This document shows, one piece after another, positions 53,322 to 64,000 of a stretch of 64,000 nt of DNA (the stretch's first letter is position 1; the number at the start of each line of letters is the position of its first letter). Below the pieces are notes generated by a model that saw only the letters and a program-made list of their open reading frames with translations, searched no databases and was not told where the DNA came from. The DNA lies in contig NC_043004.1 of the NCBI RefSeq assembly GCF_006345805.1, positions 63,674,001-63,738,000 of the forward strand, written 5' to 3'. The translations under genes and the position numbers were made by a program. Origin of the DNA: Octopus sinensis. Its lineage: Eukaryota.

Positions 53322-56229
53322 GTCTTGACTGGCGTGATGTCGCATCGGCTCCGCAGGTAACCCCTTTTTTTTTCGAACATTTATTGTTTCAATTTTTGCA
53401 CACAAAGTACCCACCTTTCGTTTGAGTGTGTTTTCAAGGGAGAAATTGACCCCTAGAGGCAGTTTCATACCTATTTACATATCTCTTTTCATGGATTTCC
53501 TTGCCATAGTTCTGAACAAATATGGCTAAGCGAACCATGAAGCTGACATCCCAACTCTACCAATGCTAGAGGCGAAGGAAGCTGAAAGCAAAGTCGTTCC
53601 GCGTGAACGCACACAGGCCTTTAATGGCACGAATGCTTCTGCTACTATAACCACCACGCCATCACCAACACAACCAATACGAATACTGAAAACAATTTTG
53701 CCGCAGCTTTGAAGTTAAAGAAAACAGTCATGTGCTTTTCCAAAGAAGAACTGCCCACCTGTAAAGCGATGTCTAAAAGAGACGACCTCTGCATACAACT
53801 ACACACACCACAAAACATCACAGAAAGAATCGAAACAAAAAATTCAGTTAGTTACAGAACATTAAGTCTAAAAAACAAAGCTATACGAAAAGGCCGCTCA
53901 AGAAAATGTTGAAAAATGTTTAAGGCCTATATAGGCCATTAATGATTACATTACAAGGGGTGACAGATTTGCCACGACTGAAGTTCGATTCGATAGTGAA
54001 GAAAGAGCTAAAGATGTCTGCACTTTGAGTCCTTCCATTTTGAAAACCGGATTGGCCAAGAAATTGAAATTCTTGCTGAAATTAATCCGATGATGTTCGA
54101 AAAAATTCTACATAGAATCCAATGAGAGAGGACATCGAATGCAGAAAGCTACGTTGCTATGTTTGTGGTAGCAAAGCGCACTTACAAATTAACCGCCCAC
54201 TAGCACAGAATCAATAACAACAGCAACAACAACGACTACAAGATCACGAAAAACAAAAATAACCACAAGGTTTAAAGAAATAGAAAAATAAAGAAATAGA
54301 AAAACAAAAATAACCACAAGGAAATCAAAAACCGTGCAAATAAACCAGCACTGTTACCCACACCGCCATATGCAGAACTAATTAAACAACTCTACAAACA
54401 AATAGAGGAACATCAGCAACCAACAAGTCAACCCAACCAAACAACATCACCACCAGCGCCACCAAAAACAGAAACAACACCAACATCACCACCAATAACA
54501 ACAACAACTTCAAAGGAGGAAGAGAAAACCAAAAAGACTCATACCCCACCCCCAAAACCCACACGCCACACCCCAACTGTTACCAACCAGCACCAACACC
54601 AATGACAAATTCAACACACTCAGAAGTAGACCCCAATACACTTCCCCTCCCACCTTCGGATCCTCCGATATATCGTCAGATGAAGAAAACGACACAGGGG
54701 ATTGGCAAGTGTCCACAACCAATCTGGCAAAATGTTGTATATCATGCAAGAGGGAATAAGTTCGCAACAATAGAGGTGCGAGTCGCAAGTGAAGATAAGG
54801 CCAGGCAACACTCAACGTCACCCGTGAGATCGAACGAAGTGGTACTACTACCCATCTACTTAGGAAGGCGAACTTCCAACGTGAAGGTAGGATAAATCCC
54901 AGCGCGGTCGACGTCGCCTTGCTGGTGGCCGCTAACGTTTTGGGCTTGGAAGATAAAGTGACAATCCTCCATGCCTCGAAAATTCATCAACAAAATTGGT
55001 AGGGTCAAGGCCCGGAAATATTATCACAGGCCGCAGCGCAAGATTACCTCAAATTGATTGCAGACATCATACGAGTAGGGGACGAAACGATCCTGAGATT
55101 GATGGTGGAGAGAAGAAAACCAGGCGATCTAAATGCCCTCCACCAGTGAAAACAAAAGCTCCCCCACCCGCTGCGGAATCAGCCGCACATCCTACTGCGC
55201 TAGTGGTCTAAGAGACAAGCAGGGAGGAACAGCAAAACATGAAAAGAAAAGAAGCACAAACCTTGGACAGTGAATGAAGTGAAGTATCAGGGAAGAAAAA
55301 GAAAGATCCCATCATTCTTCAACGGACGCATTTCCCCAAACCATGTGCACAGACACTGACTCCCAAACGGCTCCTACAGTCACCAGTCTCCAAACCTCCA
55401 CCTGTTATACTAATCTCCCCCTCCCCACAGTTATAAACACACGCAGAACCCTCAAGATTCTCACACCCGTCCCACATAAAAATTATATATATCTGCGTAT
55501 GATGCAAACAATTAAATTTTTTTAAATAAAATTTCCACAATTTAACAAAACGCACAAACATTTACTTGTCCTGATATCAGTGGTGTTCCCACCCACATAG
55601 ATTTTATCTATATAGATAGGACCAACCACAAATGTTTAAAAAATATATTTCCTGAGGAGGTTGGCTCTCCAAGAAAAAGTATTTTGACAGCACCCTATAA
55701 TAAACTCATTGTGTCCCCACCAACCACGAATGATGAGGAGGATTAACCATCCTCCAGGACTGTTATTTATCTTTTTGGTTTCCTTAATGTAGGATATATA
55801 AATGTGCGCGGCCTGGGTTCGATAAGAAAGTAGGGTTTCCTCTCTGACGATCTCAGGTCGCTTAGACGGGATGTTGTTGTTATTACTGAAGCCAGACTGT
55901 GAGGGCTGCAGACTTTCTCACTCCTGTTAAACGACTACGAGAAAATTATTTCTCTATGTGAAACGGCAGGGGTGAGTGGCGTCATGGTTCTTCTCAGGAA
56001 GACTTTGAAGTTACAGATAAGAATAATCTTTGTTGACCCGGAGAGCTAGGCTGGTCGTCGTTGATGAGACGCACAGCAGTGGTAAGTCAGGTTGCTGGTT
56101 GTCTACCGTCTTTGTAGAGTGGGACAGTTCGACGTTTTTCAATGTCTTGAAAATTCTCTAGGCACATAAAACACAGTAGTGGTGTTAGGAGACTTTATAC
56201 AATCTGCAATGCACGCGTAGATTATGTTC
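53322..56229 (+). mobile_element. Duplicate of the 47532-50388 LINE (5' UTR, ORF1, APE start)
   Basis: Same 5' end gtcttgactgxcgtgatg and same ORF remnants. Confidence 0.78.
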
Positions 56230-56254
56230 ATAATTAATCTTGATTAATCCACAG

Positions 56255-56383
56255 CTAAGAACGTAAGCATGGGCAAAATGATGCTGAACTCTCTGCAAGG
56301 CATACTATTCTGCAAGCTCTCCGTTCAAATCTGTTCATATTGCTCTCAATGTCTGAAACAATGCCATCCGTTTTGGGAAAGAT
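56255..56383 (+). CDS. Candidate exon A, copy 2
   Basis: As copy 1; ...MSETMPSVLGK. Confidence 0.4.
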
Positions 56384-56502
56384 GTAAGTCGATTACATCG
56401 ACACCAGTGTTCAATCATTTCTTAATGTTGTAATTTATTCCATAAGCCAAATACAGAAATCACAGCAGTAACATATGTTTCTGCTTTCCATTTAAATTTC
56501 AG

Positions 56503-56544
56503 ATTCAGGGGGGATGAAGTCAATGCGGATTCTTCGAGTTTCCC
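56503..56544 (+). CDS. Candidate micro-exon B, copy 2
   Basis: Identical to copy 1, splice sites intact. Confidence 0.55.
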
Positions 56545-57402
56545 GTAAGTTCTTCGCTACCGACATATTTCTATCCTCACTCTGAATCCAATACAGCCAA
56601 TTAAATACACAGGATTTTAGGGACCACAGTACTCGTAACAAAACAACATTTATAGTCAATTTTGACAACATAAGCTATCAAAATAAGGAGTGTCCTGATT
56701 TGATATAATAGGCAGACACTAGTGTTTTGAAGCAGCAAATAATTGCTAGAATACAGTAAAGACGAATGATCAGTGAAATATTACCTTTCAAGTAATGGCT
56801 GATGGAGGAAATAACTGATTCATTGACAAAGATATAGCACATCCCATTCAAGATTGTATTTTAATAGATATTTTCCTTGATTCACGTGCCCATTTCTAAA
56901 TTTCTACTCTTCAGTTAATAATTAATCTTGATTCTTTCACTGGTATTTTAATTTTAGTGCGTAACATAAACCACAGAATTTCGATGATCTCTTTCTAAAA
57001 TTATTTCATACTTACCCTTGATCATTTCTGTATCCTGTCGATATATCAATCTTATTTTGATAATCAAACAGATAGGAATGTTGGGTCGCCAACGAGGTCT
57101 TTGCCGATACCCGTAAAACTCGAAAGTTTTCAGCAAACCCTCGTACATATTTCGCGCTGTGTTCCCCTAGTAATTTCTGTTCTTTAAGAGTCATCAGTTG
57201 CAACTTGTTAATTCATATTATCATCTCAGTGCTCAAAACTAAATTGTTAGCTTAAATTTTACACTTGTGCATCATTATCTCTTTGATGTTATGTCAGCTT
57301 CATTCTTGGAAAATCTTTTTGGTTTAATAACTCACTCGTAATGTTACTGTAGTCTAAGGAAATCTAAAATGAGATCTTTAATTTATTTTTTTTACATTTC
57401 AG

Positions 57403-57435
57403 ACCGCTGATTAGCTTCGAGATGGAGAAAAAAGA
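57403..57435 (+). CDS. Candidate micro-exon C, copy 2 (divergent, PLISFEMEKK)
   Basis: acatttcag| ... |gtaagta; only phase 2 open; 11/33 differences from copy 1. Confidence 0.55.
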
Positions 57436-57595
57436 GTAAGTATTTGTTTATTGAAATACTTAAACGCCCCTTCGTTATGGTATCCGTTATATAAATACAT
57501 TTATAAAAATATTGTTCCCCAATTCCTTTCTCTGTATACGATCATCACATACCAAGAGCATTATGTCATATCATTATGTGATATCTATTTTAATA

Positions 57596-58884
57596 GGGCT
57601 TGGAAGATAAAGTGACAATCCTCCATGCCTCGAAAATTCATCAACAAAATTGGTAGGGTCAAGGCCTGGAAATATTATCACAGGCCGCAGCGCAAAATTA
57701 CCTCAAATTGATTGCAGACATCATGCGAGTAGGGGACGAAACGATCCTGAGATTAATGGTGGAGAGAAGAAAACCAAGCGATCTAAATGCCCTCCACCAG
57801 TGAAAATAAAATCTCCCCCACCCGCTGCGGAATCAGCCGCACATCCTACTGCGCTAGTGGTCTAAGAGACAAGCAGGGAGGAACAGCAAAACATGAAAAG
57901 AAAAGAAGCACAAACCTTGGACAGTGAATGAAGTGATGTATCAGGGAAGAAAAAGAAAGATCCCATCATTCTTCAACGGACGCATTTCCCCAAACCATGT
58001 GCACAGACACTGACTCCAAAACGGCTCCTACAGTCACCAGTCTCCAAACCTCCACCTGTTATACTAATCTCCCCCTCCCCACAGTTATAAACACACGCAG
58101 AGCCCTCAAGATTCTCACACCCGTCCCACATAAAAATTATATATATCTGCGTATGATGCAAACAATTAAATTTTTTTAAATAAAATTTCCACAATTTAAC
58201 AAAACGCACAAACATTTACTTGTCCTGATATCAGTGGTGTTCCCACCCACATAGATTTTATCTATATAGATAGGACCAACCACAAATGTTTAAAAAATAT
58301 ATTTCCTGAGGAGGTTGGCTCTCCAAGAAAAAGTATTTTGACAGCACCCTATAATAAACTCATTGTGTCCCCACCAACCACGAATGATGAGGAGGATTAA
58401 CCATCCTCCAGGACTGTTATTTATCTTTTTGGTTTCCCTTAATGTAGGATATATAAATGTGCGCGGCCTGGGTTCGATAAGAAAGTAGGATTTCCTCTCT
58501 GACGATCTCAGGTCGCTTAGACGGGATGTTGTTGTTATTACTGAAGCCAGACTGTGAGGGCTGCAGACTTTCTCACTCCTGTTAAACGACTACGAGAAAA
58601 TTATTTCTCTATGTGAAACGGCAGGGGTGAGTGGCGTCATGGTTCTTCTCAGGAAGACTTTGAAGTTACAGATAAGAATAATCTTTGTTGACCCGGTGAG
58701 CTAGGCTGGTCGTCGTTGATGAGACGCACAGCAGTGGTAAGTCAGGTTGCTGGTTGTCTACCGTCTTTGTAGAGTGGGACAGTTCGACGTTTTTCAATGT
58801 CTTGAAAATTCTCTAGGCACATAAAACACAGTAGTGGTGTTAGGAGACTTTATACAATCTGCAATGCACGCGTAGATTATGTTC
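57596..58884 (+). mobile_element. LINE fragment (ORF1 end, APE start) within array unit 2
   Basis: Copy of 54942-56229. Confidence 0.75.
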
Positions 58885-58909
58885 ATAATTAATCTTGATT
58901 AATCCACAG

Positions 58910-59038
58910 CTAAGAACGTAAGCATGGGCAAAATGATGCTGAACTCTCTGCAAGGCATACTATTCTGCAAGCTCTCCGTTCAAATCTGTTCATATTGCTC
59001 TCAATGTCTGAAACAAGGCCATCCGTTTTGGGAAAGAT
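58910..59038 (+). CDS. Candidate exon A, copy 3
   Basis: As copy 2 but the second ATG is AGG (MSETRPSVLGK). Confidence 0.4.
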
Positions 59039-59157
59039 GTAAGTCGATTACATCGACACCAGTGTTCAATCATTTCTTAATGTTGTAATTTATTCCATAA
59101 GCCAAATACAGAAATCACAGCAGTAACATATGTTTCTGCTTTCCATTTAAATTTCAG

Positions 59158-59199
59158 ATTCAGGGGGGATGAAGTCAATGCGGATTCTTCGAGTTTCCC
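59158..59199 (+). CDS. Candidate micro-exon B, copy 3
   Basis: Identical to copy 1. Confidence 0.55.
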
Positions 59200-60058
59200 G
59201 TAAGTTCTTCGCTACCGACATATTTCTATCCTCACTCTGAATCCAATACAGCCAATTAAATACACAGGATTTTAGGGACCACAGTACTCGTAACAAAACA
59301 ACATTTATAGTCAATTTTGACAACATAAGCTATCAAAATAAGGAGTGTCCTGATTTGATATAATAGGCAGACACTAGTGTTTTGAAGCAGCAAGTAATTG
59401 CTAGAATACAGTAAAGACGAATGATCAGTGAAATATTACCTTTCAAGTAATGGCTGATGGAGGAAATAACTGATTCATTGACAAAGATATAGCACATCCC
59501 ATTCAAGATTGTATTTTAATAGATATTTTCCTTGATTCACGTGCCCATTTCTAAATTTCTACTCTTCAGTTAATAATTAATCTTGATTCTTTCACTGGTA
59601 TTTTAATTTTAGTGCGTAACATAAACCACAGAATTTCGATGATCTCTTTCTAAAATTATTTCATACTTACCCTTGATCATTTCTGTATCCTGTCGATATA
59701 TCAATCTTATTTTGATAATCAAACAGATAGGAATGTTGGGTCGCCAACGAGGTCTTTGCCGATACCCGTAAAACTCGAAAGTTTTCAGCAAACCCTCGTA
59801 CATATTTCGCGCTGTGTTCCCCTAGTAATTTCTGTTCTTTAAGAGTCATCAGTTGCAACTTGTTAATTCATATTATCATCTCAGTGCTCAAAACTAAATT
59901 GTTAGCTTAAATTTTACACTTGTGCATCATTATCTCTTTGATGTTATGTCAGCTTCATTCTTGGAAAATCTTTTTGGTTTAATAACTCACTCGTAATGTT
60001 ACTGTAGTCTAAGGAAATCTAAAATGAGATCTTTAATTTTTTTTTTTTTACATTTCAG

Positions 60059-60091
60059 ACCGCTGATTAGCTTCGAGATGGAGAAAAAAGA
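60059..60091 (+). CDS. Candidate micro-exon C, copy 3 (PLISFEMEKK)
   Basis: Identical to copy 2. Confidence 0.55.
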
Positions 60092-60251
60092 GTAAGTATT
60101 TGTTTATTGAAATACTTAAACGCCCCTTCGTTATGGTATCCGTTATATAAATACATTTATAAAAATATTGTTCCCCAATTCCTTTCTCTGTATACGATCA
60201 TCACATACCAAGAGCATTATGTCATATCATTATGTGATATCTATTTTAATA

Positions 60252-61540
60252 GGGCTTGGAAGATAAAGTGACAATCCTCCATGCCTCGAAAATTCATCAA
60301 CAAAATTGGTAGGGTCAAGGCCTGGAAATATTATCACAGGCCGCAGCGCAAAATTACCTCAAATTGATTGCAGACATCATGCGAGTAGGGGACGAAACGA
60401 TCCTGAGATTAATGGTGGAGAGAAGAAAACCAAGCGATCTAAATGCCCTCCACCAGTGAAAATAAAATCTCCCCCACCCGCTGCGGAATCAGCCGCACAT
60501 CCTACTGCGCTAGTGGTCTAAGAGACAAGCAGGGAGGAACAGCAAAACATGAAAAGAAAAGAAGCACAAACCTTGGACAGTGAATGAAGTGATGTATCAG
60601 GGAAGAAAAAGAAAGATCCCATCATTCTTCAACGGACGCATTTCCCCAAACCATGTGCACAGACACTGACTCCAAAACGGCTCCTACAGTCACCAGTCTC
60701 CAAACCTCCACCTGTTATACTAATCTCCCCCTCCCCACAGTTATAAACACACGCAGAGCCCTCAAGATTCTCACACCCGTCCCACATAAAAATTATATAT
60801 ATCTGCGTATGATGCAAACAATTAAATTTTTTTAAATAAAATTTCCACAATTTAACAAAACGCACAAACATTTACTTGTCCTGATATCAGTGGTGTTCCC
60901 ACCCACATAGATTTTATCTATATAGATAGGACCAACCACAAATGTTTAAAAAATATATTTCCTGAGGAGGTTGGCTCTCCAAGAAAAAGTATTTTGACAG
61001 CACCCTATAATAAACTCATTGTGTCCCCACCAACCACGAATGATGAGGAGGATTAACCATCCTCCAGGACTGTTATTTATCTTTTTGGTTTCCCTTAATG
61101 TAGGATATATAAATGTGCGCGGCCTGGGTTCGATAAGAAAGTAGGATTTCCTCTCTGACGATCTCAGGTCGCTTAGACGGGATGTTGTTGTTATTACTGA
61201 AGCCAGACTGTGAGGGCTGCAGACTTTCTCACTCCTGTTAAACGACTACGAGAAAATTATTTCTCTATGTGAAACGGCAGGGGTGAGTGGCGTCATGGTT
61301 CTTCTCAGGAAGACTTTGAAGTTACAGATAAGAATAATCTTTGTTGACCCGGTGAGCTAGGCTGGTCGTCGTTGATGAGACGCACAGCAGTGGTAAGTCA
61401 GGTTGCTGGTTGTCTACCGTCTTTGTAGAGTGGGACAGTTCGACGTTTTTCAATGTCTTGAAAATTCTCTAGGCACATAAAACACAGTAGTGGTGTTAGG
61501 AGACTTTATACAATCTGCAATGCACGCGTAGATTATGTTC
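60252..61540 (+). mobile_element. LINE fragment (ORF1 end, APE start) within array unit 3
   Basis: Copy of 57596-58884. Confidence 0.75.
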
Positions 61541-61565
61541 ATAATTAATCTTGATTAATCCACAG

Positions 61566-61694
61566 CTAAGAACGTAAGCATGGGCAAAATGATGCTGAAC
61601 TCTCTGCAAGGCATACTATTCTGCAAGCTCTCCGTTCAAATCTGTTCATATTGCTCTCAATGTCTGAAACAAGGCCATCCGTTTTGGGAAAGAT
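61566..61694 (+). CDS. Candidate exon A, copy 4
   Basis: Identical to copy 3. Confidence 0.4.
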
Positions 61695-61813
61695 GTAAGT
61701 CGATTACATCGACACCAGTGTTCAATCATTTCTTAATGTTGTAATTTATTCCATAAGCCAAATACAGAAATCACAGCAGTAACATATGTTTCTGCTTTCC
61801 ATTTAAATTTCAG

Positions 61814-61855
61814 ATTCAGGGGGGATGAAGTCAATGCGGATTCTTCGAGTTTCCC
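61814..61855 (+). CDS. Candidate micro-exon B, copy 4
   Basis: Identical to copy 1. Confidence 0.55.
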
Positions 61856-62549
61856 GTAAGTTCTTCGCTACCGACATATTTCTATCCTCACTCTGAATCC
61901 AATACAGCCAATTAAATACACAGGATTTTAGGGACCACAGTACTCGTAACAAAACAACATTTATAGTCAATTTTGACAACATAAGCTATCAAAATAAGGA
62001 GTGTCCTGATTTGATATAATAGGCAGACACTAGTGTTTTGAAGCAGCAAGTAATTGCTAGAATACAGTAAAGACGAATGACCAGTGAAATATTACCTTTC
62101 AAATAATGGCTGATGGAGGAAATAACTGATTCATTGACAAAGATATAGCACATTCCATTCAAGATTGTATTTTAATAGATATTTTCCTTGATTCACGTGC
62201 CCATTTCTAAATTTCTACTCTTCAGTTAATAATTAATCTTGATTCTTTCACTGGTATTTTAATTTTAGTGCGTAACATAAACCACAGAATGTCGATGATC
62301 TCCTTCTAAAATTATTTCATACTTACCCTTGATCATTTCTGTATCCTGTCGATATATCAATCTTATTTTGGGACGAGAATATGAATTAAACACAGATTCG
62401 AACTAGAATATTTTATTCATATTATTTTCAAATATGGGAAGAATGTCAGCATATGTCGGAGAAGTGTTTACATTGATTATATTGTCACTAGTGATTCAAC
62501 TTTTCTTATTTTATCACACATCAAGTATCAAAGGCGAATTAATCCACAG

Positions 62550-62678
62550 CTAAAAACGTAAGCATGGGCAAAATGATGCTGAACTCTCTGCACGGCATAC
62601 AACTCTGCAAGCTCTCCCTTCGAATCTTTTCATGTTGCTCTCAATGTCTGAAACAATGCCATCCGTGTTGGGAAAGAT
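62550..62678 (+). CDS. Candidate exon A, divergent copy (A')
   Basis: 129 nt, gat|gtaagtc; 10 differences from copy 1; no LINE upstream. Confidence 0.4.
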
Positions 62679-62800
62679 GTAAGTCGATTACATCGACACC
62701 AGTGTTCAATCATTTCTTAATGTTGTTGTATTTTATTCCATAAGCCAAATACAGAAATCACAGTAGTAACATATGTTTCTGTTTTCCATTTAAATTTCAG

Positions 62801-62842
62801 ATTAAGATTGGATGAAGGCAGTGTGGATTCTTCGACAGTCTT
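62801..62842 (+). CDS. Candidate micro-exon B, divergent copy (B', LRLDEGSVDSSTV)
   Basis: aaatttcag| ... |gtaagtt; 42 nt; only phase 2 open; 12/42 differences from B. Confidence 0.55.
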
Positions 62843-63029
62843 GTAAGTTCTTCGCTACCGATATATTATTATCCTCATTCTGGTTTATACATCTTATTTT
62901 CTCACATATTTCATTTGACAATCCTTATTCCTTATAATTACTATGTATGTAATACCTTGCACAACACTCTCTCTCTCTCTGGTTGCTCACTGACTATCCA
63001 TTAGGAAAATAGGACATATTCTTTATTTG

Positions 63030-63720
63030 TAGCAGTAGCTTTCTGTCTTTGCCAAGAAATGTAAAGATGAAAAACCCAACCGTAAATTCTATTCAAATGT
63101 TGTACTCAACTTCTTGCCCTAGAGCTTTGGCATAGTTGTTCTCAACAGAGGGCGAAATAATCTGCATGCCTCTCATTTCAGCAGCGGGAGGTTTCAGTAA
63201 TTACTCGAAATAGATGAAGTATAGACCAGGTAGTTACTTTCGAATTACTCATCGAGCTTGTGCGAAGCTCTCGTTTGGAGACGCTTGCTGGCTATATTGA
63301 CATCAGTAAGTCTTTTCACTTGATGGACAGGGATGTGTTCAGAAGAATTCTGGTGTTACGAGGCATAATTCTGTGGCGGTTAGGCTGATTGCGACCTTCA
63401 CGCAATTCATACTGCAGCCAGCATCTGACTGATTCCCACTCCGATCTGGCTCCGTCAGGGATGTTCCAAATAAAACCAGTATCTGCATGTCCAGGATAAT
63501 TGACCGGATGGTGAAACATTGAGTTCTGGTGCAACCATAGATGTAACTAAGATTACAGTCCTGAATTTTGAAAATGTTTCAGGTAATATATGTTGCAGTG
63601 CTTCTCAATGTCTCAAGGAATGCACTCCTTTCACTAAGTATAGAAAGCTGAATCAATTTGCCTTAAAGTTTCTTCTGAGAAAATCCAGTCCTACGTTGGT
63701 TTCACTAAGTTGATTTGCAT
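63030..63720 (+). mobile_element. Old RTE-type RT remnant, same family as 20449-21310
   Basis: Aligns to the reverse complement of 20760-21200 (ttgttctcaacagag, gggatgtgttcagaa, actaagattacagt); GYIDISK, KITVLNF. Confidence 0.65.
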
Positions 63721-64000
63721 TTTGAAACCACGACTGATAACATTATAAATATTGTACTATACATAGATACAAAGTATATGTGTATTCTTGAAAATATCAA
63801 TATTTCACTACTTCCTTATTCTGCCATTACAAGGAATGGATAACGTATACCATAGAATATTAAATTACCAAATGTAGCTCACTACGAAATCACTGAGGGG
63901 GCATAGGTAGAAGTAAGTATATAAAAATGGTGTCTTAAATCTAAGACACTTGCGTGGGTATAAACTTCTGCAACACAGAATAGCCCAACAAAATTTGCCT

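Larger units (their letters stand above)
54942..62369. repeat. Tandem array of a 2.65-kb unit (54942-57595, 57596-60251, partial 60252-62369)
   Basis: Each starts gggcttggaagataaagtg; ORFs recur at +2654 and +2656; units 2 and 3 are almost identical. Confidence 0.95.

Noticed and set aside
54942-62369. Regular repeats as a CRISPR array or satellite
   Set aside because: Units are kilobase-scale segmental copies in eukaryotic DNA with no repeat-spacer structure.

Overview
Eukaryotic, AT-rich, repeat-dominated DNA. The SINE families, RTE, Penelope and Tx1-like LINEs, and dense (TA)n/(TATG)n/(TATC)n/(AAT)n tracts suggest an octopod cephalopod (inference). I found no rRNA, tRNA gene or CRISPR array. 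The one confidently recognisable host coding piece is the last exon of an M13 (neprilysin/ECE-like) metallopeptidase at 3124-3229 (+). The rest of 1-40 kb is decayed transposons (Penelope-like, Tc1, Gypsy, two RTE lineages, SINEs, MITEs) plus a 3.2-kb tandem triplication at 19.7-29.6 kb. From 41.4 to 62.9 kb there is a nested tandem duplication carrying 14 copies of three small + strand exon-like units: A (129 nt), B (42 nt) and C (33 nt). All have GTAAGT donors, B and C have TTTCAG acceptors, and all lengths are multiples of 3. Between paralogous copies B and C differ at 27-33% of sites, nearly all non-synonymous, while neighbouring introns differ at only about 2.5-6%. This candidate hypervariable micro-exon array is the most interesting signal. 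It is interleaved with Tx1/L1-like LINEs that appear to insert repeatedly into (TATC)n tracts. All counts were made by eye and need computational confirmation.
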